Shown here: positions 19,704-28,521 of the stretch, piece after piece
How the letters are laid out: every line of letters starts with the position of its first letter
Position numbering within the stretch: position 1 is the first letter of the stretch
Translations under genes and position numbers: made by a program
DNA from: Candidatus Woesearchaeota archaeon CG10_big_fil_rev_8_21_14_0_10_44_13
GTDB lineage: Archaea; Nanobdellota; Nanobdellia; Woesearchaeales; UBA12501
Reading direction: 5' to 3'
Assembly: GCA_002762985.1 (NCBI GenBank)
Contig: PCXZ01000018.1
Coordinates: forward strand, 741 to 64,740
DNA length: 64,000 bases
The notes under the pieces: model-generated
What the model was told of the DNA's origin: nothing
The model's input: the letters and a program-made list of their open reading frames with translations, nothing else
The model's database searches: none

Positions 19704-20153
19704 ATGCCAAAGATAAACTATACTGAAGAAGACCTTGAAGACCATAATGGCATGGGTGCGGTGATAAAAGATGATAAAGGCCAGATTCTTGTGCAGGAGC
19801 ATGTCAAATATGGCTTCTGGACCCTGCCGGTTGGGAAGGCAAAAAAAGACAGCGACGTGAAGGAAGGCCTAAAAAAGGAGCTTCTTGAGGAATGCGGGAT
19901 AAATGCAGTGAAATTCAGGGAGATAGCAAAGAGAGATTATTATTATACAAGGAATAAAAGAAAAGTTCTGGTTATGGTGCATCTTTTTGAGATAGAAAAG
20001 TATGAAGGGATTATTGAGAACAGAGAGCCTGAAAAGCACAGAAAACAGCTGTTTATGGGCCTTAAGGAGATAGTTAAGCTTCCTTATCTCTCTGACATAA
20101 CCTTGTTCTATCTTGAAACGCTCGGGATCAAGAGGAAAGCGAAACTGAAGTGA
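19704..20153 (+). CDS. Nudix hydrolase
   Basis: Nudix box GKAKKDSDVKEGLKKELLEECGI; start taken at the internal Met. Confidence 0.7.
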   Translation: MPKINYTEEDLEDHNGMGAVIKDDKGQILVQEHVKYGFWTLPVGKAKKDSDVKEGLKKELLEECGINAVKFREIAKRDYYYTRNKRKVLVMVHLFEIEKYEGIIENREPEKHRKQLFMGLKEIVKLPYLSDITLFYLETLGIKRKAKLK

Positions 20154-20157
20154 GCTG

Positions 20158-21606
20158 TTACCCTCCTTTTTTGTCCAATTTCAAATCATCATCCTGATTG
20201 TAGTGCAGATCGTATCTCAATGCCAATTCTGCCTTCTGGAGCTCTGAACCTATGTCCAAAGCATGGCTCATCTGAGAGATGACATGTTTCCTGTCAAGCA
20301 TCCTGAATATCTCTGCTGCGTTCCTGCCCCTGAACTCGTCCAGCTTCTTGCCTTCCTGGCTGTAATGCGAGATCACAATCTCTTTCTTCTCCTTATCCAC
20401 CTTTATCACAACATTGCCTCTTGGGTCCCATTCATGCTCCTTGCCCTTGTAATATATGTCAAGGATCTCCTGAACTTCTTTCATGCTCTCTTCATATATA
20501 TGGGCAGAAGCCGAGAATATTGTCATAGAGCCCATCTTTATCCCTGTCTCTTCAGAAACGTGCTTCTGGAGTTTCCTCAGCGCAAAGGCGTTCTGCGGCC
20601 ATCCCCTGTACATGTCATGGCTCCTGAAATATGCATTCATGAACAGCCTGTTGTCCTGCACGATGAAATTGACAAGGTCAAGGCATGGCGCATGCTCGTT
20701 ATACACATCCTTGCCAACATCCCATGTGACTGCTATGGCTCTCCTTGTGAAAGGCTCTTTCTTCAGCTTTTCTATGACTGACCTTATCTGGTCTACGCCT
20801 TCATGATCCATTAGCCTCTGGCCATAGGTGTAGTTTATGCCCTGGATTTTGTTGGCAGTCAGGACTTGGGGGTAATATGCCTCAAGCTCTTTTTTCGTGA
20901 AATTGAAGAAATCGTACCATCTCGGCTCTTCGGGGTCTTCGTCAGTTATTACAGCGACGATATTGAGCAGCTCTTTCTGCGTAGTGCTGTGGTGGCTTTT
21001 CTTTATGTGGCCGAACCTCATTATCTTGCTAAGGAGGATTATCCATGCCATCCCGACTGTCTTCGCCCTTATCTTGAATACAGAGCTGTCTGTAGGGAAT
21101 CTTTCAGGCAGCTCAAGCTTTGGCTCTGGGAAAAGCCTTGGCTTCCCAAAAGGCTTCCTGCCCTTGTCAATAGAACCTATCCTTTCTGCTATCTTCTTCG
21201 GATCGATCACTCCGATCATATTTATTATCTCAACATTCTTCCTGAATTCTGCAACCGCTTCATCAGGTATCTCTTTCTCTATGTGTGCGTTTTCAACTCC
21301 GAGAATGTTATGCCTGCTGTCTATGCCGTTTTTTGCCAGGCTTAAAAGCGCTTCACCGCTCCCTGACTTGTCTGTGCCGCAAAGGATTATGTATCTTATC
21401 GCAGGATTCGCGAATATGTTCCTTATTATGGCATTTATGCCTGCCTTCGAGTACAATTGGCCGATTGTAGAGAAAGAATTCCTGTCAAGGCCTTTCGCTA
21501 TCATCTCTTTCTCAGTCCACAAGGTGATTATGCTGATATTGCTGTCCTTATCACCGACTATAAGATTCTCAGAAAAATAAATAGGCCATCCCTCCTTCAT
21601 CTGCAT
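20158..21606 (-). CDS. thyA: Thymidylate synthase (ThyA family) with an ~170-aa N-terminal extension of unknown function
   Basis: C-terminal TS domain with RRAIAVTWD and HAPC nucleophile motifs; 482 aa in total. Confidence 0.75.
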   Translation of the reverse strand: MQMKEGWPIYFSENLIVGDKDSNISIITLWTEKEMIAKGLDRNSFSTIGQLYSKAGINAIIRNIFANPAIRYIILCGTDKSGSGEALLSLAKNGIDSRHNILGVENAHIEKEIPDEAVAEFRKNVEIINMIGVIDPKKIAERIGSIDKGRKPFGKPRLFPEPKLELPERFPTDSSVFKIRAKTVGMAWIILLSKIMRFGHIKKSHHSTTQKELLNIVAVITDEDPEEPRWYDFFNFTKKELEAYYPQVLTANKIQGINYTYGQRLMDHEGVDQIRSVIEKLKKEPFTRRAIAVTWDVGKDVYNEHAPCLDLVNFIVQDNRLFMNAYFRSHDMYRGWPQNAFALRKLQKHVSEETGIKMGSMTIFSASAHIYEESMKEVQEILDIYYKGKEHEWDPRGNVVIKVDKEKKEIVISHYSQEGKKLDEFRGRNAAEIFRMLDRKHVISQMSHALDIGSELQKAELALRYDLHYNQDDDLKLDKKGG

Positions 21607-21609
21607 TCC

Positions 21610-22308
21610 TCATCTGAATATATCCTTTGATTTTTCCCATACTATCCTTTGTATGTCCCCTATCTGCATTATCCTTCCTTCTTTTACGCATTCGATCATG
21701 ATCCATCGCTCTTTTTTTGCTATCTCCATGTAGGCCTGCTCTGTGTCCTTCAGGTGGGAAGTGTCTGCTTCGTGGATATCCTTCCTGTTGCCTCTTTTTG
21801 TTATCAATGTCTGGGCGATCTCAGCAGGGACATGCAGGAAAATAACCGCATCAGGCCTCGGTATCATGTTCTGGCTGTATTCAAGGTCATCTATCCATTC
21901 CATGAACCTCTTCCTTTCCCCTGGATCCTTTATCTTTGATGCCTGATGGCCTTTGTTCGATTGCTGGTACCTATTGGCGATTATGATATCGCCTTCTTCA
22001 AGCCATCTTTTCATCATGGGTGCTGCATCAACCCTGTCCTCTGCATAGAATCTTGCGGCATCATACGGGCTTACGTCCTCTACTTTGCCGAATTTCCCGG
22101 CAAGATAATCCTCTACTTTCTTTGCGCATGGCCTGCCGTACTGCGGGAAATCGATTGTTTTTACCTTGAAGCCTTCTTTCTCAAGCTTTTCCACAAGAAG
22201 CTTTGATTGGGTAGCCTTGCCAGAGCCGTCAGTGCCTTCGATTACGATAAGTTTTCCTTTATGCTCCGATTTTCCTCTTTTAGGCATGTGTACCCCCAAG
22301 CCAAGCAA
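21610..22308 (-). CDS. tmk: Thymidylate kinase
   Basis: LIVIEGTDGSGKATQ P-loop; likely start at the internal Met (MPKRGK, ~22287). Confidence 0.85.
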   Translation of the reverse strand: MLGLGVHMPKRGKSEHKGKLIVIEGTDGSGKATQSKLLVEKLEKEGFKVKTIDFPQYGRPCAKKVEDYLAGKFGKVEDVSPYDAARFYAEDRVDAAPMMKRWLEEGDIIIANRYQQSNKGHQASKIKDPGERKRFMEWIDDLEYSQNMIPRPDAVIFLHVPAEIAQTLITKRGNRKDIHEADTSHLKDTEQAYMEIAKKERWIMIECVKEGRIMQIGDIQRIVWEKSKDIFR

Positions 22309-22401
22309 ATTATCAGGTTTTTATATAGTTTGTGGTGGTAAAAGTTTAAGGTTGTTTTGTTTATAGTGCTATTATTGGCAGAAGGAATTTTTTTACATAG
22401 A

Positions 22402-22513
22402 ACGCCGCCATCACCGCGGCTCGACGATCTCCTCACGTCGTTCGGAGCCCTACTCGGCACCCCGGAGGGGCCGACCCCCGCCTCGCCGAGCGCAGTGGCG
22501 GCGTGCGCAGGAC
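22402..22513 (+). other. GC-rich structured island, candidate cis-regulatory or small RNA upstream of the ACS gene
   Basis: ~110 nt of >70% GC in a ~40% GC genome; 9-bp terminal helix (ACGCCGCCA / TGGCGGCGT) enclosing at least two internal hairpins. Confidence 0.3.
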
Positions 22514-22566
22514 AAAACAAAAAAATATATAAACCAACCAATAAAATAATGTTATCAGGGGGTTTT

Positions 22567-24564
22567 ATGGACGTCGTAAAGACTATATTCGAAGGAGCGA
22601 AAAAACTGCTTGCATTGGCAGAGAAAAGCCTTAAAGAAGGTGATGTGAAGCCTTTTTCTGATACTGAGTACAATCTTCCTGTAGTATATGCGCTGTTCGG
22701 CAGGGAGATAAAGGGAAAAGAGGATGCTGCTGAGATTCTCGATAAGATAAGGAAAAAGCTAGAGAAAGAGCAGACATTGGAGAATGCTCTAAAGGCAGGG
22801 GTTTATTCTTATGCCCTGCTGGAGCTTGTTGAAGCCGTAAAATATGCTAAAGAGAATAAGACCAATTTCATCCCTGACACTGTGATAAGGAGCCTGGGCC
22901 TGCCTCTGGTCAATGGGACGATCCCTGGCGTCGCTGTTGTTGTCGGAAAGGCAAAAGACGAAGAGGAGATGAAAAAAGTCCTTGAGGAAGCTGTCTCACA
23001 TGCGCTACTTGTCCTTGTTGTCGGAGAATGCTGCAATCAGTATGATAAGACAAAATTTACTCCTGAGAAAAATGTCATCCCTATAGGCGCAGAACCCACA
23101 AACCTTGCCCACGTCATGAATATTGTGTTTAGGATACCGATGATCTTCGCAAAGATACCTCCTGGAGAGAAAAAAGAGATAGAAGAGTATATAACGGAGA
23201 GGGTTCCTGCTTTTGTGGTGGTTCTCGGAGAGATTGATGAGGTTGTTTTAGCTTTGGGAGCCGGCTGTTTAAGGTTAGGATTTCCAATCACTACAACAAA
23301 TGAAGCTGGAAAAGCAGTGGAACAAATCTTTGTAGGCCCTGCAGAAAAACTTATTGATGAAGGTGTAAAAAGAAAGGGGATTAAATCGAAGAAACTGGAC
23401 ATAAGACTGCCTATGGGCTATGGGAACCTTTATGTCGGGGAAACGATAAGGAAAGAGGATATGGCCCTGGAATTCGGCGGGAAGAAGTCAAAGGCATTCG
23501 AGCTTGTCCAGAAAGATGATTCCATAGAAGACGGTAAAGTCGAGATCATCGGCAAGGACATTGATGGCCTTGCAGAGAATGCGAATGTGGGTTTGATAGT
23601 CAGTGTGGCAGGAGACTTTGAGAAGGATGCAGAGCCTGTGTTCGAGAGGATGATACATGAGCACCTCAATAAGATAGAGGGATTCATGCATCTCGCTTCA
23701 AGGGATATCATATGGTGCAGGTTCTCCAATGAGGCCAAGAAGAAAGGGCTGAAGCTGAAGAATCTGGGAGAAGTCCTTGTGAGATCGATGAAACAGGAAT
23801 TCCCATTGATAGAGAAGGCTTCAGCGACAATAATAACAGATGATGATGAGTTCAGCAAGCAGCTTGCGCATGCGAAACATGTCTACAAGGAGAGGGATGA
23901 CAGGATAAAAGGCCTTACAGAGGAGAATGTGGATATGTTCTATGGCTGCACTATGTGCCAGAGCTTCGCCCCTAATCATGTATGTGTCATAACACCCGAG
24001 AGGATTGCGCTGTGCGGCGCGATAACATGGCTGGATGCAAAGACTGCGATGAAGATAAATCCTTCTGGCATGAATTTTGAGATACCTAAGGGAAGCATCA
24101 TTGACAATGAGAAGGGGGAATATGAAGGTGTGAATAAGATCGTGAAGCAGAAATCCCACGGCAAGATCGACCGTTTCCATCTCCATTCGATATTCGGCTT
24201 CCCGCATACAAGCTGCGGCTGTTTTGAAGCGATCGCGTTCTATATCCCTGAAGTCGACGGCATAGGCATTGTGCACCGTGATTTCAAGGGAGAAACCCCT
24301 ATCGGGATGAAATTTTCCACTCTTGCAGGAATGACTGGAGGAGGGCTGCAGTCAGAAGGGCTGATCGGAGTGGGAACTGCTTATGTTGCATCTAAGAAAG
24401 CGTTCCTGGGCCAGGGCGGCAGGGGGAAGATAGTTTGGCTGCCGAAGGAGCTGAAAGAGAGGTATAAGGATGATATTCCTGCTGAGATTTTTGGGAAGAT
24501 TGCGAGTGAGGAGGATGTGAAGGATATAAATGAGCTGCAAAAATGGGTTGATGGAAAGAAATAG
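22567..24564 (+). CDS. acsB: Acetyl-CoA synthase catalytic subunit (AcsB/CdhC family), bacterial-length
   Basis: C-x2-C-x8-C-x9-C ... (+67) C-G-C spacing identical to the A-cluster ligands of Moorella AcsB; YVGETIRKEDMALEFGG middle-domain motif; alternative start at 22549. Confidence 0.8.
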   Translation: MDVVKTIFEGAKKLLALAEKSLKEGDVKPFSDTEYNLPVVYALFGREIKGKEDAAEILDKIRKKLEKEQTLENALKAGVYSYALLELVEAVKYAKENKTNFIPDTVIRSLGLPLVNGTIPGVAVVVGKAKDEEEMKKVLEEAVSHALLVLVVGECCNQYDKTKFTPEKNVIPIGAEPTNLAHVMNIVFRIPMIFAKIPPGEKKEIEEYITERVPAFVVVLGEIDEVVLALGAGCLRLGFPITTTNEAGKAVEQIFVGPAEKLIDEGVKRKGIKSKKLDIRLPMGYGNLYVGETIRKEDMALEFGGKKSKAFELVQKDDSIEDGKVEIIGKDIDGLAENANVGLIVSVAGDFEKDAEPVFERMIHEHLNKIEGFMHLASRDIIWCRFSNEAKKKGLKLKNLGEVLVRSMKQEFPLIEKASATIITDDDEFSKQLAHAKHVYKERDDRIKGLTEENVDMFYGCTMCQSFAPNHVCVITPERIALCGAITWLDAKTAMKINPSGMNFEIPKGSIIDNEKGEYEGVNKIVKQKSHGKIDRFHLHSIFGFPHTSCGCFEAIAFYIPEVDGIGIVHRDFKGETPIGMKFSTLAGMTGGGLQSEGLIGVGTAYVASKKAFLGQGGRGKIVWLPKELKERYKDDIPAEIFGKIASEEDVKDINELQKWVDGKK

Positions 24565-24600
24565 TTATGTAATTTTAACCTGACATTTCAAAAATATTTG

Positions 24601-24800
24601 TGGGGAAACTACGTTTCCCCTTACCCCCTTCCTACATTGTGCTGGGAAGGGGAGCAAAAGCAGGCATTCAGGTGAGTTGTTTAAGGCAAAGAAGAGGGCA
24701 TGAGGCATATAGGGAAGTTGTGTGATGGAGCCGAATGGAATGTTGTTTTTGAAAAAAACAACTAAGAAAACCGAAGGTTTTCTGTTGAGGAAAAAATAGT
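24601..24800 (+). repeat. Intergenic repeat family, copy C (between acsB and cooC)
   Basis: TGGGGAAACTACGTTTCCCCTTACCCCCTTCCT hairpin module; CATGAGGCATATAGGGAAGTTGTGTGATGGAGCCGAATGG core; second hairpin GTTGTTTTTGAAAAAAACAAC. Confidence 0.7.
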
Positions 24801-24823
24801 TTTATGGGGAAAAGATTATTAAA

Positions 24824-25564
24824 ATGATAGTAGCAATCTCAGGCAAAGGCGGCGTAGGCAAGACAGTCTTCTCAGCTTTGACCATAAAATACCTCACGTC
24901 AAAAGGGAAGAAAGTCCTTGCTGTCGATGCAGACCCTGATGCGAACCTTGCAGAGGCCCTCGGTGTTGAAGTCGAGAACAGCATCGGCGGGATAAGGGAG
25001 GAATTGCAGAAGATCCAGCACAAGATACCTGGCGGACTGACAAAAGAGGCTTTCCTGCAGAGGAAGATACAGGAGATAATAAGCGAACATAAGGGTTTCG
25101 ACCTTCTTGTTATGGGGCGTGCAGAAGGCCAGGGCTGCTATTGCTGGGTCAACAACATATTGAGAGAAAACATAGACAAATTATCTGCCAATTATGATTT
25201 CACAATAATCGACTGTGAAGCGGGGCTTGAGCATCTGTCAAGAAGGACGACAAAAGATGTTGATATTATGTTCGTAGTGCTTGACCAATCAAGGCTTTCC
25301 CTTAACACTGCATTAAGGATAAAAGAGCTGGCAAAAGAGGTTGATATAAATTTCAAGAAGCTTTTCATAGTGCAGAACAAGGGCCAGAACAAGAACTTTG
25401 AGAAAGAGGCAGGGAAGGAAGGAATCAAGGTCATTGGAGTCCTGCCTGAAGACAATGAGATCGTGAGGCTGTACAGCGAGGGGAAAGCCATAACTGGCAT
25501 AAGCGAGAAGGCAAATGCTTATTATTCTGTCAAACAGGTTTGGGAGAACCAAAATATTTATTAA
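24824..25564 (+). CDS. cooC: CooC/AcsF-type Ni-insertion ATPase (MinD/ParA family)
   Basis: Deviant Walker A SGKGGVGKT and GQGCYCW CxC nickel-binding motif; 246 aa. Confidence 0.8.
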   Translation: MIVAISGKGGVGKTVFSALTIKYLTSKGKKVLAVDADPDANLAEALGVEVENSIGGIREELQKIQHKIPGGLTKEAFLQRKIQEIISEHKGFDLLVMGRAEGQGCYCWVNNILRENIDKLSANYDFTIIDCEAGLEHLSRRTTKDVDIMFVVLDQSRLSLNTALRIKELAKEVDINFKKLFIVQNKGQNKNFEKEAGKEGIKVIGVLPEDNEIVRLYSEGKAITGISEKANAYYSVKQVWENQNIY

Positions 25565-25603
25565 CTCTCCCCGAATCCTCCCTCTCATGAAAGGGGGTTC
25601 AAT

Positions 25604-26212
25604 ATGAGGATTTCTGCAGTCATAGAAGCTGATACTATAGAGAGCGCCCACCCCAAGGTCCTGGAATTGATCCATAATGAGGGGGATGAGCACAGCGACG
25701 AGTATGGGGCCAAGACAAGGGAAGTCTTCAACCTAATGATAAAGGTGAAGAACCCGACAGAGAAGATGATTCCGCATGCTTTCCACATGACGAAGATGGA
25801 ATTGGAGGAGTATGCCCTCAAATATTACCTCAGCCCGAAAGTCGAAGGCGAAGTCTACACCTATGGGGAAAGGATGCTTGATTTCAAAGGGGATGGGGAA
25901 TACAACCAGATCCAGCATATCATCGACAAGCTCAAGAAGAATGCAAACTCAAGGAGAGCTGTTGTTGTCTTATGGGATCCCACAAGGGATGGGACAAAGA
26001 TTGAGCATCCTCCGTGCATGGACATGCTGGTGTATAACCTCAGGAACGGGAAGCTCCATTGCACTTCTGTTTTCAGGAGCAATGACATGCTGAGGGCATG
26101 GCCGGCCAATGCATTCGGGATAACAAGATTGCAGGAATTCATCGCAGGAGAGATAGGATGCGAAGTCGGCACATTGACGACAATGTCAATAAGCGCGCAT
26201 ATTTATCTGTGA
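25604..26212 (+). CDS. thyA: Thymidylate synthase, short archaeal type (ThyA family)
   Basis: SRRAVVVLWD and EHPPCMD nucleophile motifs; 202 aa; paralog of the 20158..21606 ORF. Confidence 0.75.
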   Translation: MRISAVIEADTIESAHPKVLELIHNEGDEHSDEYGAKTREVFNLMIKVKNPTEKMIPHAFHMTKMELEEYALKYYLSPKVEGEVYTYGERMLDFKGDGEYNQIQHIIDKLKKNANSRRAVVVLWDPTRDGTKIEHPPCMDMLVYNLRNGKLHCTSVFRSNDMLRAWPANAFGITRLQEFIAGEIGCEVGTLTTMSISAHIYL

Positions 26213-26220
26213 GGATATCC

Positions 26221-27231
26221 ATGAAAACTAAAACGATATTGATTTTGGCAATTCTATGCATCTTCATTGTTTCATGCAGCGAGCAGCCTGGACAGCCTGA
26301 AGAAACAGGAGCCAAAGACACTAAAGCAGTTCAAACAATCCAGGAGGAAGCCAAAGCGCCTGAAATAACAAGAGAAAGCAAAATCCCTTCAGATGCAGTT
26401 AAGGTTACTCCTCAGACAGACATCAATCCTCCAAAATCAAAATCAGACGAATACGATGACCCTATTCCTTTATCCTCGGCAATCAACAGCGCAGGAGCTG
26501 AAGATTCCCCATTCATGATGCCAGATGGAAACACATTATATCTCTTCTTCACGCCCGATGTAAGGGTCCCTGTTGAAAAACAGCTTCTTGACGGTGTCAC
26601 AGGAATTTGGGTTTCAAAAAAAGTGATTGGAGAATGGGGCAAACCTGAAAGAGTTGTGCTCCAGGACCCTAAAAAGCTTGCGCTGGACGGCTGCGAGTTC
26701 GTCCTCGGCAGCACGATGTGGTTCTGCTCTGCACGGGAAGGCTATGCAGGCATAAACTGGTTCACAGCAGAATTCAAGGATGGGAAATGGCAGGATTGGA
26801 AGAGTGCGGATTTTAACCCTGATCATAAAGTAGGAGAGCTGCATATCTCAAATGACGGCAATGAGCTTTATTATCATTCAGACAGGCCCGGCGGCAAAGG
26901 CGGCCTGGACATCTGGGTGTCAAAAAAGGTCAATGGGGAATGGCAGCAGCCGGAAAATGTTGAGGCAGTCAACTCAGAGAGGGATGATGGGTGGCCTGCA
27001 TTGAACCCTGAGGAGAATGAGCTTTGGATTTACAGGGATTACGGGCTGTTGAGGTCAAAGAAAATCAATGGAGAATGGCAGACGCCTGAACCGATGTTCT
27101 CGCCGCTTGCGGGCGAAGCGACACTGGACAATGAAGGGAATGTCTATTTTGTCCATCATTATTTCAAGGACGATAAGATGATAGAAGCGGATATTTACGT
27201 TGCGCATAAAAAAGCGGTAAAACGGCGGTAA
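26221..27231 (+). CDS. Lipoprotein with PD40/TolB-like beta-propeller repeats
   Basis: MKTKTILILAILCIFIVSCSEQ lipobox; repeated DGN.LYF/YHSDRPGGKGG.DIWVS units. Confidence 0.55.
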   Translation: MKTKTILILAILCIFIVSCSEQPGQPEETGAKDTKAVQTIQEEAKAPEITRESKIPSDAVKVTPQTDINPPKSKSDEYDDPIPLSSAINSAGAEDSPFMMPDGNTLYLFFTPDVRVPVEKQLLDGVTGIWVSKKVIGEWGKPERVVLQDPKKLALDGCEFVLGSTMWFCSAREGYAGINWFTAEFKDGKWQDWKSADFNPDHKVGELHISNDGNELYYHSDRPGGKGGLDIWVSKKVNGEWQQPENVEAVNSERDDGWPALNPEENELWIYRDYGLLRSKKINGEWQTPEPMFSPLAGEATLDNEGNVYFVHHYFKDDKMIEADIYVAHKKAVKRR

Positions 27232-27241
27232 GGTGAATAGG

Positions 27242-27712
27242 ATGAAAGCAAAAATCATGGTTTTGGCCTTTATTGTGATGTTCGCATTGAGCGGCTGCGG
27301 AAGCACAAAGTGGGATATCTTCAAGGACGGGAAATTCAGCATAAGCTATCCTGTGATGAATATGGGCAAAGACCTGAATGAGAACCTGATGCTGCAGACA
27401 GGCAATTCCAGATGCATGCTCCTGGTGAACAAGTACCCTGGGCAGTCAGACGTGAAGGGATTCGCAAACTACATAAAAGACCTGCTGACAAAAGAACCTG
27501 CAACGACAATCACAAGCGAGGACATCAATGACTCAGAAGCCAATTTTGAACTGAGGGTCATCTACAGCAACAAGCCGTACATCTCAAAAGTCAAGTTAGT
27601 GTCGTGCGAAGGTGCAATGTACAATATAATGATGAACTGCCAGGAAAACGGCTATGAAAAGAATGCCCAGGATGTGGAATCCACACTAAGCTCGGTAAAA
27701 TGCAGTGAATGA
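27242..27712 (+). CDS. Lipoprotein, function unknown
   Basis: MKAKIMVLAFIVMFALSGCGS lipobox. Confidence 0.5.
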   Translation: MKAKIMVLAFIVMFALSGCGSTKWDIFKDGKFSISYPVMNMGKDLNENLMLQTGNSRCMLLVNKYPGQSDVKGFANYIKDLLTKEPATTITSEDINDSEANFELRVIYSNKPYISKVKLVSCEGAMYNIMMNCQENGYEKNAQDVESTLSSVKCSE

Positions 27713-27716
27713 GTGA

Positions 27717-28484
27717 ATGATAAACAAGACAAGGATAGGCGATATCGAAATCGGAGGGGAATCGAGATTCTTCAGGTTCGAAGAGAAAGATGATTTCAGG
27801 ATGGCATTCGCCCTTGCATATGATGAGCATAACCCAAAAATCATCGAAGAGAATGATGTGGATGCTGTCGCTATAACTATAAGAAGTGATAATCCTGAGG
27901 AAGCGATAAAGCAGGTCGAGGATTTCAGGAGTAGATGCAAGAAGCCGTTGATAATCTACACCCAGGACAACCCTAACACCGACCATATAATCATAGATGC
28001 TATAGCAAGGAGATTCCCCGGCCAGCATTTCCTTTTCTGCTCAGCGACAGTCAAGAACAAGGCGGCAGATATAGCGAATTCCGCCCTCAAGTTCGGCCAC
28101 AATGTAAGCGCTTATACGACATTGGATCCTGGCGGAGCCATCTCCCTTAACAAAGACCTCTTGAAGACGGGCCTGAAGCCTAAGCAGATCGTCATCGACC
28201 CGCTGACATCATTCATAGGGTATGGCATTGAATACTCTATAAGCGCGATGGAGAGGATAAGGCTGGATGCATTAGCCACAGACGAGACATTGAGGATGCC
28301 TATTCTTGCAGACCTGTCCGCTGTAAACCAGCTGAGAGAGGCCGATACGAAGGAAAAACAGCTCCATTGGGAGACCATGACTGCAGTCGCATTGATCGCT
28401 GCAGGCGCTGACCTGTTCATATTCAGGCACATAGAATCGCTGAGGAAAGTGAAGGGATTCGCAGAAAAGATGAAGAAGAGATAA
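27717..28484 (+). CDS. acsD: Corrinoid iron-sulfur protein small subunit (AcsD/CdhD family)
   Basis: IVIDPLTSFIGYGIEYSISAMERIRLDAL and WETMTAVALIAAGADLFIFRH match AcsD motifs recalled from Moorella. Confidence 0.7.
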   Translation: MINKTRIGDIEIGGESRFFRFEEKDDFRMAFALAYDEHNPKIIEENDVDAVAITIRSDNPEEAIKQVEDFRSRCKKPLIIYTQDNPNTDHIIIDAIARRFPGQHFLFCSATVKNKAADIANSALKFGHNVSAYTTLDPGGAISLNKDLLKTGLKPKQIVIDPLTSFIGYGIEYSISAMERIRLDALATDETLRMPILADLSAVNQLREADTKEKQLHWETMTAVALIAAGADLFIFRHIESLRKVKGFAEKMKKR

Positions 28485-28521
28485 TGCACACATGAGATAA
28501 ACAGCCGAGGTAAAAAACAAT

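Noticed and set aside
22402-22513. GC-rich island as a tRNA or 5S rRNA
   Set aside because: No D-arm or T-loop (GTTCRANYC) pattern fits on either strand. The 9-bp terminal helix and 110-nt length do not match tRNA, and the 5S loop C/E conserved motifs are absent.
22357-22566. ORF-track start of the acsB ORF at 22357, adding an N-terminal Pro/Ala-rich 70 aa
   Set aside because: This stretch is the GC-rich structured island with atypical codon composition. A good SD (GGGGG) and ATG occur at 22567 (or 22549). The upstream extension is more likely noncoding.
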